DNA from: Candidatus Cloacimonadales bacterium
GTDB lineage: Bacteria; Cloacimonadota; Cloacimonadia; Cloacimonadales; DAONDQ01
DNA length: 64,000 nucleotides
Assembly (NCBI GenBank): GCA_963662275.1
Contig: OY759316.1
Location: 576,001-640,000 of the forward strand
Direction of reading: 5' to 3'
Shown here: positions 21,139-30,645 of the stretch, in pieces
How positions within the stretch are numbered: the stretch's first letter is position 1
Layout: each line of letters starts with the position of its first letter
Notes under the pieces: generated by a model
Told to the model about the DNA's origin: nothing
The model's database searches: none
Seen by the model: only the letters and a program-made list of their open reading frames with translations
Made by a program: the position numbers and the translations under genes

Positions 21139-22080
21139 TTAATACGATGCTTTTATGGATTCGACTGTCTTAATTAATCCTGATTTAAAATTAACCAATG
21201 GTTTGAATTGCAGTCCTTCACCAGCTTTTTTTATACTGGCTAAGGAATGCTTTACATCTCCTGCTCGTTCCGGAGATAGAATCGGTTCTATCTTTGTACC
21301 TAATATCTCATTAAGAGATTCCACTAACTCCAGTAGAGTAAATCTTTCGCCACAAGCTATATTGAAAACATTACCGGCAACTCCGGGAGCTGTACATGCA
21401 ATAATATTCGCTGCCACATTATTATCCACGTAAGTAAAATCCCTGGATTGCGTCCCATCTCCATAGATGACAGGTCTGATATTCTTCATCATACATGTGA
21501 TGAATTTGGGTATGACTGCACTATATTGCGATGTGGGATCCTGGTTTGGACCAAATACGTTGAAATAACGAAGGCATACTGTTTCCAAATTATACAGGCT
21601 TGTATATATCTGGCAATAACGTTCTGCAGCATACTTCGTCAAAGCATATGGTGAAAGTGGTGCAACAGGCATATCCTCTTGTTTTGGCATAATTTCACTA
21701 TTTCCATAAACAGAGGACGATGAAGCATAAATTACCCTTTTCACACCAAACTCACGAGAAGCTTCCAGCACATTCAAGGTTCCTAGAATATTCACATCGT
21801 TCGTTGTTATGGGATCATTAATACTACGGGGAACAGAAGGTAGTGCACCTTGGTGAAGAACATAATCCACCCCTTTCACAGCACTGCGAACAATATGGAA
21901 ACTGCGTAAATCACCTTCGAACATTTCAAAATTGGGATTTGTCATAAATGGCAGAATATTACTTCGTTTTCCAGTGGCAAAGTTATCCAGAACCCGAATC
22001 TTGTATCCTTTATCTAAAAGCGTTTTTACAATATTCGAACCAATAAAACCGGCACCACCTGTAACCAAAAAAGTATTCAT
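21139..22080 (-). CDS. UDP-GlcNAc/Glc 4-epimerase (WbpP-like)
   Basis: TGGAGFIGS, PSVPRS, ASSSSVYG, PYALTK, LRYFNVFGP. Confidence 0.9.
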   Translation of the reverse strand: MNTFLVTGGAGFIGSNIVKTLLDKGYKIRVLDNFATGKRSNILPFMTNPNFEMFEGDLRSFHIVRSAVKGVDYVLHQGALPSVPRSINDPITTNDVNILGTLNVLEASREFGVKRVIYASSSSVYGNSEIMPKQEDMPVAPLSPYALTKYAAERYCQIYTSLYNLETVCLRYFNVFGPNQDPTSQYSAVIPKFITCMMKNIRPVIYGDGTQSRDFTYVDNNVAANIIACTAPGVAGNVFNIACGERFTLLELVESLNEILGTKIEPILSPERAGDVKHSLASIKKAGEGLQFKPLVNFKSGLIKTVESIKASY

Positions 22081-22240
22081 CTCAACTCTCCGTAAAAAAT
22101 GAGTAATTTGTATGTTATTCTCAGTTCCAAATTATCTACAAAATGAAGAATTATTCTTAATTTGTAATAACAACCAGCTTACATCTATCAAATTAGAGTT
22201 GTTTTTGTCAATTATTATGTCAGAATCCTATGTGGATATG

Positions 22241-24325
22241 CTATTCAATAAATACCAGTTTACGTGTCTGTACCTGCGAACCAGACTGCATATTAATCAA
22301 GTAGATACCTGATTTGATTTTCTTCCCATCTGAATCCTGGCAATTCCATGAAGATATAAAAACTCCTTGCTTTCCACCTTGTCCAGATAGTGAACGTACC
22401 AACTGCCCCTTGATGTTATAGATTTTGAAGATAACACTGTGCGTTGTTACAGACCGATATTTTAATGATACAGTATTACTATCGGACATGTGTCGCAAAA
22501 GAGCAGGATTGGGATATACTCCGAGGAATATATCATGAGTAAATATCGCAGATTGATCATCATTATTCGTGGCTGGTACAACTGTAAAATGACGGCATCG
22601 GGAAGATGAGGAATTAGCTGGAATTGAGATATCAGAGGCATTTACCTGGTAATAAACGGTATCTCCAGCGTTGATATTATCAATTGGAATTTCAAAAGAA
22701 TAATCCCTATTATTAACCGAGACTGGATTGAGTGAGTATGAAAGAACGGTGGTATCTATACCATATACTAAATTTACCTGGTCGATACCTGAATTATCGG
22801 TCACATGAGCAATTGTCTGGTAAGGGAAAGCAGCAAGGGTAATATTTGGAATTGGACTTATATCAATAACTGGTGCCAAACTATCAGATGAAATGCTAAA
22901 CCGGAATGGATCAAAAACTCCCATTCTTGGAACATTGGCACTATGACCTGATTCATCAGCTCCATGTATGTAATATTGAACCTGGGACCCCGGTGGTATT
23001 ATAGGCAGTGTGACTTCGCATAAAGAAGGATTTGATTCATTTTGTACTAGATTCAAAGATTGGAAAGAACCGTTATTTATTTTATAATAGATTTTTAGAG
23101 AATCAGAATAAAGACGCATTCCGCTATGAGCGATGAAATTAACACTCAATGAAATGGGATGCCCATACAAATATGCCCCGTGAAGCGGAAGATGGTCGAT
23201 AAATAGCATATCTTTATCAATGATTTCATGAACTCTACAATGTAATGCATCCGTTGATTCCCAAGGCGTAGATGAAGCAGCCATGAACCCAATGACTTCA
23301 TAACCCGGTAGTGCATTTTTATATGCTTGGAGTGCAGGATCATCTGCGATATCAGAAATCTGTGGTACAAAAACTTTATTATTCAATATCAGTGAGTTAG
23401 TATATGGCTGATCTTCGGGAGTGGATACACGGTAGACTTGAAATGGATAACCGTAACCACAATTATGGGTTGTGTAATAGTTTGCCGTTGCTTCAATAGC
23501 ACTATACTGAGGATGAGAAGTGGGAACAGATCTAATCAGTACTTTATCGGGTGCCAGGAATTTACCCCAGCAATCAATATGGTCGATATAAGTATTATTC
23601 GGATCATCAAGAACATAGAAGTTTTCAATTCCCATATAATCACGCATTTTCTGGTTTACATTAGTTTGATTATCACCATTTTCTGTATAAGTTATTTTGG
23701 TTTGAGAGGCTGTGTGATAACCGTCAGTCATAAAATTTCCACCGGTTTCCTGGAGATTCATTCCATATAAAGGAATATCATTCATTGAGGCAAAAGTCCG
23801 CGGTAATTCATCATCATTGGGACGGGGGCGATTATATACAAAATCCACTAGACCAAGCTGATTATTGCCATCAAAAACAAACCAAGGTCCGAAATCTCTT
23901 GTCCAATATGAATCTGTAGGTGCTATCATGAAACTACAATTCTCCATATACACACCATTACTTTGATATGCTGTAATCGCCTGGTTCTGTTGTGATGTAC
24001 TTGCAACAATAGTAATGACCTTTACATCTTGAGACAATTCAGCAATCAGCGTATAGGGAATACCTAGAGGCCAACGAATCAGGGCTCCTGTCGATTGCTC
24101 AAATTCAGCTACTGCACGAACCGGTGCTACGGGAGGATTTGTTTCCTGGAATATGCGTGTATTCTGATTTATGCCGGCTGCTTCGTCGGGAGTCATCCAA
24201 TGTGGCAGCATACCCGGATGAAGCTGGTTCCAGTCTTGTGTCATTTTTTGCATATCAAATTGATTTTTTGCCGACAAACTCATCATCAAAGTCAAGAACA
24301 AAAATAAGATCAGTCCACGTTTCAC
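22241..24325 (-). CDS. Secreted agmatine/peptidylarginine deiminase family protein with FlgD/T9SS-like C-terminal domain
   Basis: AEFE, WTRDFGP, GGNFMTDG, HIDCW, YTNS, LHC; CTD YPNP...IYNIKGQLV; start GTG 24325 after GGAGG, then a signal peptide. Confidence 0.85.
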   Translation of the reverse strand: MKRGLILFLFLTLMMSLSAKNQFDMQKMTQDWNQLHPGMLPHWMTPDEAAGINQNTRIFQETNPPVAPVRAVAEFEQSTGALIRWPLGIPYTLIAELSQDVKVITIVASTSQQNQAITAYQSNGVYMENCSFMIAPTDSYWTRDFGPWFVFDGNNQLGLVDFVYNRPRPNDDELPRTFASMNDIPLYGMNLQETGGNFMTDGYHTASQTKITYTENGDNQTNVNQKMRDYMGIENFYVLDDPNNTYIDHIDCWGKFLAPDKVLIRSVPTSHPQYSAIEATANYYTTHNCGYGYPFQVYRVSTPEDQPYTNSLILNNKVFVPQISDIADDPALQAYKNALPGYEVIGFMAASSTPWESTDALHCRVHEIIDKDMLFIDHLPLHGAYLYGHPISLSVNFIAHSGMRLYSDSLKIYYKINNGSFQSLNLVQNESNPSLCEVTLPIIPPGSQVQYYIHGADESGHSANVPRMGVFDPFRFSISSDSLAPVIDISPIPNITLAAFPYQTIAHVTDNSGIDQVNLVYGIDTTVLSYSLNPVSVNNRDYSFEIPIDNINAGDTVYYQVNASDISIPANSSSSRCRHFTVVPATNNDDQSAIFTHDIFLGVYPNPALLRHMSDSNTVSLKYRSVTTHSVIFKIYNIKGQLVRSLSGQGGKQGVFISSWNCQDSDGKKIKSGIYLINMQSGSQVQTRKLVFIE

Positions 24326-25057
24326 AAGTTCCTCCAAATACTGTTTCAGTTCTAATTTTATATACATTTTTTATGCCAATTTCGTGCTAAAGATTTCAAA
24401 TATCTTCACAATCCAGTTTTTATTGCTTTCTAAACTGAAATCGTCACCGAATTTTTGCTAAAGGGGTTATCATGCTATCATCTTGAGATTGAAATGCCTT
24501 GCCGGCACTTCCGTATGCAGGCATAAAGTTTTTCCTTTCCCTGTAAAAAGACCTGAGGTGTTAATTTTTTTATGCTAGCATACCGCAGGTATTTCTTCAA
24601 TTGCAGCAGTTGTTCTAGCAGTTCAGATATGTAGAATACACCATTACTATCGGGGATACAATATAACAATCCCGTACTTGATGTAATATGGCAGATACTG
24701 CCGGATAATTCTCATTTGTATGAAAGCATCGTTACCTTCCATTTATTATAAGTGCGATATGCTATTGCACAGCTTTCTCTACTATTCGTTAACGCACGCT
24801 GGGTAAAGATAAATAACACCTTTTTGTCTATATTGAAGAGTGTGTGTCGTGAGGTTTCTCATCGCATGGTGTACCTTTTGCCATCTCACCGTGTACATTT
24901 TACACCTTACTGAATAAGGCATTCTACCTAAATTATCTAAACTTTCTGCAACACTTTCTTAATTTAGCTCCTATTTCAGGAAGTATCTATTCTTCAAGGC
25001 TTGCTGTTTCCAGCAGATGATTGATCTTGATTCTTGCTTTGGCAAAAAAAGTCCAGA

Positions 25058-25143
25058 CAAGCATGCCGGAGTTCAAAATTCCTACGAAAACAACCATACT
25101 ACTACCAATTTATAGGAATTGCGGACTCCAGTATTCCTTAGCT
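25058..25143. repeat. Imperfect palindromic dispersed repeat, related copy at about 39735-39804
   Basis: GGAGTTCAAAATTCCTA...TAGGAATTGCGGACTCC followed by TCCTTAGCT in both copies. Confidence 0.55.
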
Positions 25144-25317
25144 ACTTTTTTCCACAGAGTCAGATTTCAGATTAGCAGAGAAGAAACCACGAAAAAGACC
25201 AAAAACTCGAAAGGGGAACGGAGTATTCCAAAATTTGAGGAAACGGAAAAATATAAAATGGTCGAATAACCGGCTAAACCCGGAGCTTCCATCTGTTTTT
25301 TTTCCATTATTCATCTC

Positions 25318-26163
25318 CTACAACCCACTCCCTTCTGCAAACCATCTGAATATCAGCATATTGGGTTCTTCAGGCTTAGCCCAGAAGAAGAATCTGTGCT
25401 TTTTTAGTATGGGTATCATATTCGCTTGAGTAGCAGGTACGAGGATTTCAATTTCCTTTGAATTTCGAAAGAGGTAATTCAGAGCAGGTATCACTTCCAT
25501 CAGACTTTCTTCTGTGAGTGAAGGTATGACTGCACAGAGTTCGTAACCTCCAAGGTAAAAAATCGTTCTGCCAACTTGATATGCGTGCGCATGTTCTTTC
25601 ATCCATTTTCTTCCTGGTTTGGAATTTTGCACAGATTTCCAACCGTAGGGAAGATACGCTCCGTGATTTTCCAGGAGTGATTGAGGAAGTTCCACACTTT
25701 CCGGTTCGATTTGTCTTTTCGAGACAGAACGGCTAAGTACAAATGATTCATTGACGACCCGGAATCCGACCTTCTTTGCCATGCTAATGCTCTCAATATT
25801 CTTGTAGTATGTGCAAAATTCAATCGTTTTGCTTGTTCCCTGCTCTAATCTTAACAGAGCTTTTTTCATAAGAAAATTATTCAGTTGCTTTCCAAACCCA
25901 TGCTTGAGATAATCCGGATGAACTCGCAGTCCTTCCAGCCATACTACTTTCTCTGGAAATAGTGTCATTTTGGCAGTACCCACTATCTTTCCTTTGTATT
26001 CTGCTAAGTAAAAATTTCCATCATTGATCCATTCCTCAGCAATTCTTCCCAAGTAATCATCGCCCCCCCAAGTTAAATCCGAAATCTCACGGATACCAGC
26101 AAGATCTGATAACATGCATGGACGAATTGTTGCTTCCAACATCAATTTCTTTTTCTTACTCAT
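25318..26163 (-). CDS. GNAT family N-acetyltransferase
   Basis: TWGGDDYL, WLEGLRVHPDY.K.GFG; start ATG 26163 after GGAG. Confidence 0.82.
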   Translation of the reverse strand: MSKKKKLMLEATIRPCMLSDLAGIREISDLTWGGDDYLGRIAEEWINDGNFYLAEYKGKIVGTAKMTLFPEKVVWLEGLRVHPDYLKHGFGKQLNNFLMKKALLRLEQGTSKTIEFCTYYKNIESISMAKKVGFRVVNESFVLSRSVSKRQIEPESVELPQSLLENHGAYLPYGWKSVQNSKPGRKWMKEHAHAYQVGRTIFYLGGYELCAVIPSLTEESLMEVIPALNYLFRNSKEIEILVPATQANMIPILKKHRFFFWAKPEEPNMLIFRWFAEGSGL

Positions 26164-26803
26164 TTTGACTCCATATATTGACCAAATATATTCTCTCAAC
26201 AATATAAGCAACCTATTTTCATTGATGAATTCGGTTGAATTTCCGCTATCTATGTTGTAAATATTCAACATTTTTTCCATTATGCCACTATCTACATGCT
26301 TGATTTCATTGACTAACCTATCCTATTGTAATATGTTATGAATAATGTTCCTTATGGCTTCTCATCTGCATTGTTGATTAATCAAGCATCTCGTTGTGAA
26401 GGCACATTTAAGAAGAATTAATATGATATTCAGATTATTTGGCAGAAAACAAAATAATTTGAAATGAAATGAATGAAATGAAGTCTTTCAATATGAGTAC
26501 AAAATTTATTAAGCTGTTATTGACAACTGATCAACGAAGGATAATATTCAGCGTGATCTGGAAGAATTGATGATATGAACAGAGCGATCTGTATAGAATA
26601 ACGTCGTGGAGACAATGAAATGCATAACTGTCTTGTTTGTAGGACTTTTCAACTAGGAAAAGACAGGGAATGTCTTTCAAATGAATTTTTTTTTGACTGG
26701 ACATATTAACCGTGTTTTAATTACTTGGCAATTATTGGATAGACTTTGTTTGAATCGGAAGAAAACCTGAATTTAACTTGATTTAAGAGAAGGTAATAAA
26801 AAG

Positions 26804-29452
26804 ATGAACATCAGAAAAACAGCAATGATTTATACAATATATGCCTTTGTATTGTATATTATCATTGTTCTGATTGTTTCTCGCTTTCTCATTCTCAATG
26901 CTTTTACCAAATTGGAAGTCATCCGCGGTGTTCAACAAGCAGAAAAAGTTGATCAGTCCATCAAACAAGAACTTATGAACTTGAATAGTTTCACGATGGA
27001 TTGGTCTTCCTGGGATGATACTTGGAATTATGCTTCAAAACCAAATACCGCTTACATTAAAAGCAATATGATAGATGATACTTTCACTAATTCCAATCTT
27101 AATTTTTTAGCCATTTTCGATAAGAATAATCAACCACTAACCTATAAAATGTTTGATCATCATATGAAAAGAGTTCCTGTTATGTCGAATGAACTTGTCA
27201 ACATAATTGATAGGAAATATCTCTATACTGCTGATTCAGATTCGTCACGTAAGGAAGGATTGATCCAACTGGAAGATTATCCTATGATGGTTGTTTCAAA
27301 GCCAATACTACATTCTGATGGTTCGGGACCTATCATGGGTTATCTGGTAGTTGGTCGAATTCTGGATATAAACGATCCGCATCAGTTGCCGACGCTGCAC
27401 TCTTTCGATATCAAAGGATACCGTTTGGATCGGGCAATTAGTGACCCGATTGATCAGAAATTTATACCTCTGGTAACTCAGCAAAAACCTGTCGTTCATT
27501 TTTCTGATAAAAAGATGCGCATTACATATGGTGTGCTGAACGATATTAATGGGAAGCCGATTTTTGCCTACAAACTTACAGCAAATCCAGAGATCCTCAA
27601 TCTTGGAAAAACAACGATCATTACGTTCATGCTGGTATTTTTCTTCTTCACTTTCCTGATTATCTATGTCACGATAAATATCCTGGATCGGAGAATTCTA
27701 ACTCGCCTTGTCGACCTTCAGAATGATGTCATTGAAATAAGGAAAGACAACAATTTTAGTAAACGAGTGAAAGAAGAAGGTCAAGATGAGATTTCCCGTT
27801 TGGAATTCCAAATCAATTCCATGCTTGGTAGTTTGCAGGAAGACCGTATATTACTTGAATCAGCTCTCGTAGAAGCTCAATCGGCAACGAAGGCCAAAAG
27901 CGAATTCCTGGCAAATATGAGCCATGAAATACGCACACCTTTGAATGGGATCATTGGTGCTATCAATCTAATTGATCAGAAAGAGCTGAACCTGGAACAG
28001 CAGAACCTGCTTGAAATCATCCATTTTTCCTCCAATTCATTACTTAATCTCATCAATGATATTCTTGATTATTCCAAATTAGAAATCGGTAAAATGGAAT
28101 TTGACTGTATTGCTTTTAATCTCCGGGATTTGGTGGAATCTATCATTGATTCTTTTGCCATTAAAGCCGATCAAAAAAATATAGAAATTATGTATCACAT
28201 GAATCCTAACGCCATTGAAGAATGCATGGGTGATCCATATCGTCTGCACCAAATCCTGAATAATTTGATCAGTAATGCCGTCAAGTTTACTGACCAGGGA
28301 GAAGTTCATGTATTTGTGGACATGATCGATAAACAAGAACAAGTTGGAATGTTCAAATTCCAAGTCACCGATACCGGTATTGGTATAGCAGAAGATAAAA
28401 TCACGGAAATCTTTGAAAGCTTTAAGCAAGCTGACGGTTCAATCACACGAAGATATGGAGGAACAGGTTTAGGACTGCCAATTGCAAAACAGATTATTGA
28501 ACTGATGGGTGGAAGTGTCTCCGTAACCAGTAAAATAGGCAGTGGAACTACTTTTACTTTTGAAATATCTCTCTTATTGAAATCAACAGAACCACAGACT
28601 CGAAAAGTTGATTCTGCTCTATTATCCAAAAGTAGGATTCTCATTGTTGACGATAATTCGACAAACCTATTTATTTTATCTGAGATATTGAAGAGTTATG
28701 GTTTTTCTTATGAAACAGCAAGCAATGGTTTAATTGCCATTACCAAGGTAAAAGAAGCAGATGTGCAACACCAATCTTTCGATGTCATTCTCATGGATGT
28801 CCAGATGCCGGATATGGATGGTTTTGAAGCTATCTCAAGAATCAAGACTCTTGAATTGCTTAAGGAACCTAAAATCGCAATTCTATCTTCTGTAACGCGA
28901 AGTGAAGATCTCGTCCTCGCTCGTAAAATAGGAGTTCAACGCTACCTACAGAAACCTGTCAAATTAAGAAAGATGATCCATCTACTCAGGGAACTCATCC
29001 TGGATGAAAACTCATCTTCTCTTTCTTTCGATCCGGAGAATGAAGAGCAAACAGATTCTGCTGATAAAGAACCTTTAACAATCTTGATTGCTGAAGATAA
29101 TGTCATCAATTTGAAAATAGCTGTAAGTATGCTTGAAAAAATGGGACATCATGTGTTAGCCGTCAACAATGGCGAACAGGCTGTAGATATGTATCATAAA
29201 CACGAGATGGACCTGATTTTAATGGATGTTCAAATGCCTGTAATGGATGGTTTTGAAGCCACACGTATCATTCGGACAATTGAAAAAAAGACTGGTAAAT
29301 TCACTCCAATTCTTGCTTTGACTGCCCATGCACTTGCCGGACAACGCGATGCTTGTCTCGAAAAAGGATTGAATGACTTTATCTCCAAGCCTATAACCTA
29401 CCAGGCTTTATCTGAAATCATCAATAAATATAGAAATACAAAAAAAGAATAA
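26804..29452 (+). CDS. Hybrid sensor histidine kinase (CHASE4-HAMP-HisKA-HATPase-REC-REC)
   Basis: DWSSWDDTW, FLANMSHEIRTPLNG, NAVKFT, DTGIG, GGTGLGL, two MDVQMP receiver motifs. Confidence 0.93.
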   Translation: MNIRKTAMIYTIYAFVLYIIIVLIVSRFLILNAFTKLEVIRGVQQAEKVDQSIKQELMNLNSFTMDWSSWDDTWNYASKPNTAYIKSNMIDDTFTNSNLNFLAIFDKNNQPLTYKMFDHHMKRVPVMSNELVNIIDRKYLYTADSDSSRKEGLIQLEDYPMMVVSKPILHSDGSGPIMGYLVVGRILDINDPHQLPTLHSFDIKGYRLDRAISDPIDQKFIPLVTQQKPVVHFSDKKMRITYGVLNDINGKPIFAYKLTANPEILNLGKTTIITFMLVFFFFTFLIIYVTINILDRRILTRLVDLQNDVIEIRKDNNFSKRVKEEGQDEISRLEFQINSMLGSLQEDRILLESALVEAQSATKAKSEFLANMSHEIRTPLNGIIGAINLIDQKELNLEQQNLLEIIHFSSNSLLNLINDILDYSKLEIGKMEFDCIAFNLRDLVESIIDSFAIKADQKNIEIMYHMNPNAIEECMGDPYRLHQILNNLISNAVKFTDQGEVHVFVDMIDKQEQVGMFKFQVTDTGIGIAEDKITEIFESFKQADGSITRRYGGTGLGLPIAKQIIELMGGSVSVTSKIGSGTTFTFEISLLLKSTEPQTRKVDSALLSKSRILIVDDNSTNLFILSEILKSYGFSYETASNGLIAITKVKEADVQHQSFDVILMDVQMPDMDGFEAISRIKTLELLKEPKIAILSSVTRSEDLVLARKIGVQRYLQKPVKLRKMIHLLRELILDENSSSLSFDPENEEQTDSADKEPLTILIAEDNVINLKIAVSMLEKMGHHVLAVNNGEQAVDMYHKHEMDLILMDVQMPVMDGFEATRIIRTIEKKTGKFTPILALTAHALAGQRDACLEKGLNDFISKPITYQALSEIINKYRNTKKE

Positions 29453-29492
29453 GTATCTAATAGAGCAGAATCAGCATCTGGTTCTTCAAATG

Positions 29493-30011
29493 CTAATATA
29501 TCAAATAACCAATAAATCCTGAAATGAGTATCAGGTAAACTGGATTTGCTCGAAATTTCAAAGAGATAGAAAGAATCAGCAGAAATATACCTCCACTCTT
29601 CAAATCAATCACTGAATCTTTCCCTAATAATACTGCAGCGGCTGCAATCAATCCTAATAAAGCTGGTCTGATCCCGGATAAAGCAGCAGTAAAAAAGGTA
29701 TTCTTTTTAAACGAGACATATAGTTTTGTAACCAATATCATCAACAGGAACGGCATTGTAACTAATCCTGCAGTCGCTGCAAAAGAACCCCAGAAACCAG
29801 CTATTCTGTAACCGACAAATGTTGCTGCATTAATGGCAATTGGACCGGGAGTTGTCTGAGAAATAGCCACGATATCAATAAAGTCAGTATTCACAAGCCA
29901 ATGATGTGTACTCACAACTTCCTGTTGAATAAATGGCAGCATGGCATATCCGCCCCCAAAACTAAACAAGCCAATTTTCGCAAATACCAGGAATAAGATT
30001 AGATAGATCAT
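29493..30011 (-). CDS. chrA: Chromate transporter short-chain subunit
   Basis: FSFGGGYAM, SQTTPGPIAIN. Confidence 0.9.
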   Translation of the reverse strand: MIYLILFLVFAKIGLFSFGGGYAMLPFIQQEVVSTHHWLVNTDFIDIVAISQTTPGPIAINAATFVGYRIAGFWGSFAATAGLVTMPFLLMILVTKLYVSFKKNTFFTAALSGIRPALLGLIAAAAVLLGKDSVIDLKSGGIFLLILSISLKFRANPVYLILISGFIGYLIY

Positions 30012-30637
30012 TTCTTTTTCTTCAGGAAAAGGATACCGGAAATCAATGCCAGCAAAATCATGTATATTGGGGATATACCAAAAAAGGAAATACCTGCAAA
30101 AACAAGAATTGGAAGCCAGCTAATCTTCCACGAGAGTTTACTCATCTGTGCAAGTTTCACTAGTGAGGCTGCTATTAATGCAACAACAGCCGGTCTGATA
30201 CCTGCAAATATTCTATTCCAGAGAGGCTGCTGATGAAATTGATAGAGAAAGATGGAAATCAACAAAATGGCTATAAAGGATGGTAGAACAGCACCCATTA
30301 CAGCAGCTATAGCTCCCGGTAAACCTGCTAAGACATATCCTGTATGAGCAGCAATATTGACAGCAATTGGACCGGGAAGTGATTGTGATAATGCCAGACC
30401 GTCCATGAAATCATCGGTATTCATCCATTTGCGTTTTTCGATGACTTTCTTTTGAATGAGTGGAAGCATGGCATATCCGCCACCGATAGTAAATGTTCCA
30501 ATTTCCAGGAAACTCCAGAATAAAGCTATCGATAACTTCAATCTGCTTGGAGTAGTGCTATCTTTATGAAATTTCTCTGTAGTTTCGTCTTCATACGGTC
30601 GTTTGAAATTTGTTACACCCACAGACGGTTTTACCAT
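30008..30637 (-). CDS. chrA: Chromate transporter short-chain subunit
   Basis: FTIGGGYAM, SQSLPGPIAVN. Confidence 0.9.
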   Translation of the reverse strand: MVKPSVGVTNFKRPYEDETTEKFHKDSTTPSRLKLSIALFWSFLEIGTFTIGGGYAMLPLIQKKVIEKRKWMNTDDFMDGLALSQSLPGPIAVNIAAHTGYVLAGLPGAIAAVMGAVLPSFIAILLISIFLYQFHQQPLWNRIFAGIRPAVVALIAASLVKLAQMSKLSWKISWLPILVFAGISFFGISPIYMILLALISGILFLKKKK

Positions 30638-30645
30638 GAATTCAA

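Noticed and set aside
24400..25020. Short ORF 24478-24669 and a repeated GTGTAC.TTTT motif near 24869-24906 resembling an IS21-type end
   Set aside because: No recognisable protein motif, no partner end and no transposase; too weak to call
26281..26803. Riboswitch or sRNA upstream of the hybrid kinase
   Set aside because: Only a weak hairpin near 26628-26668; no recognisable aptamer consensus
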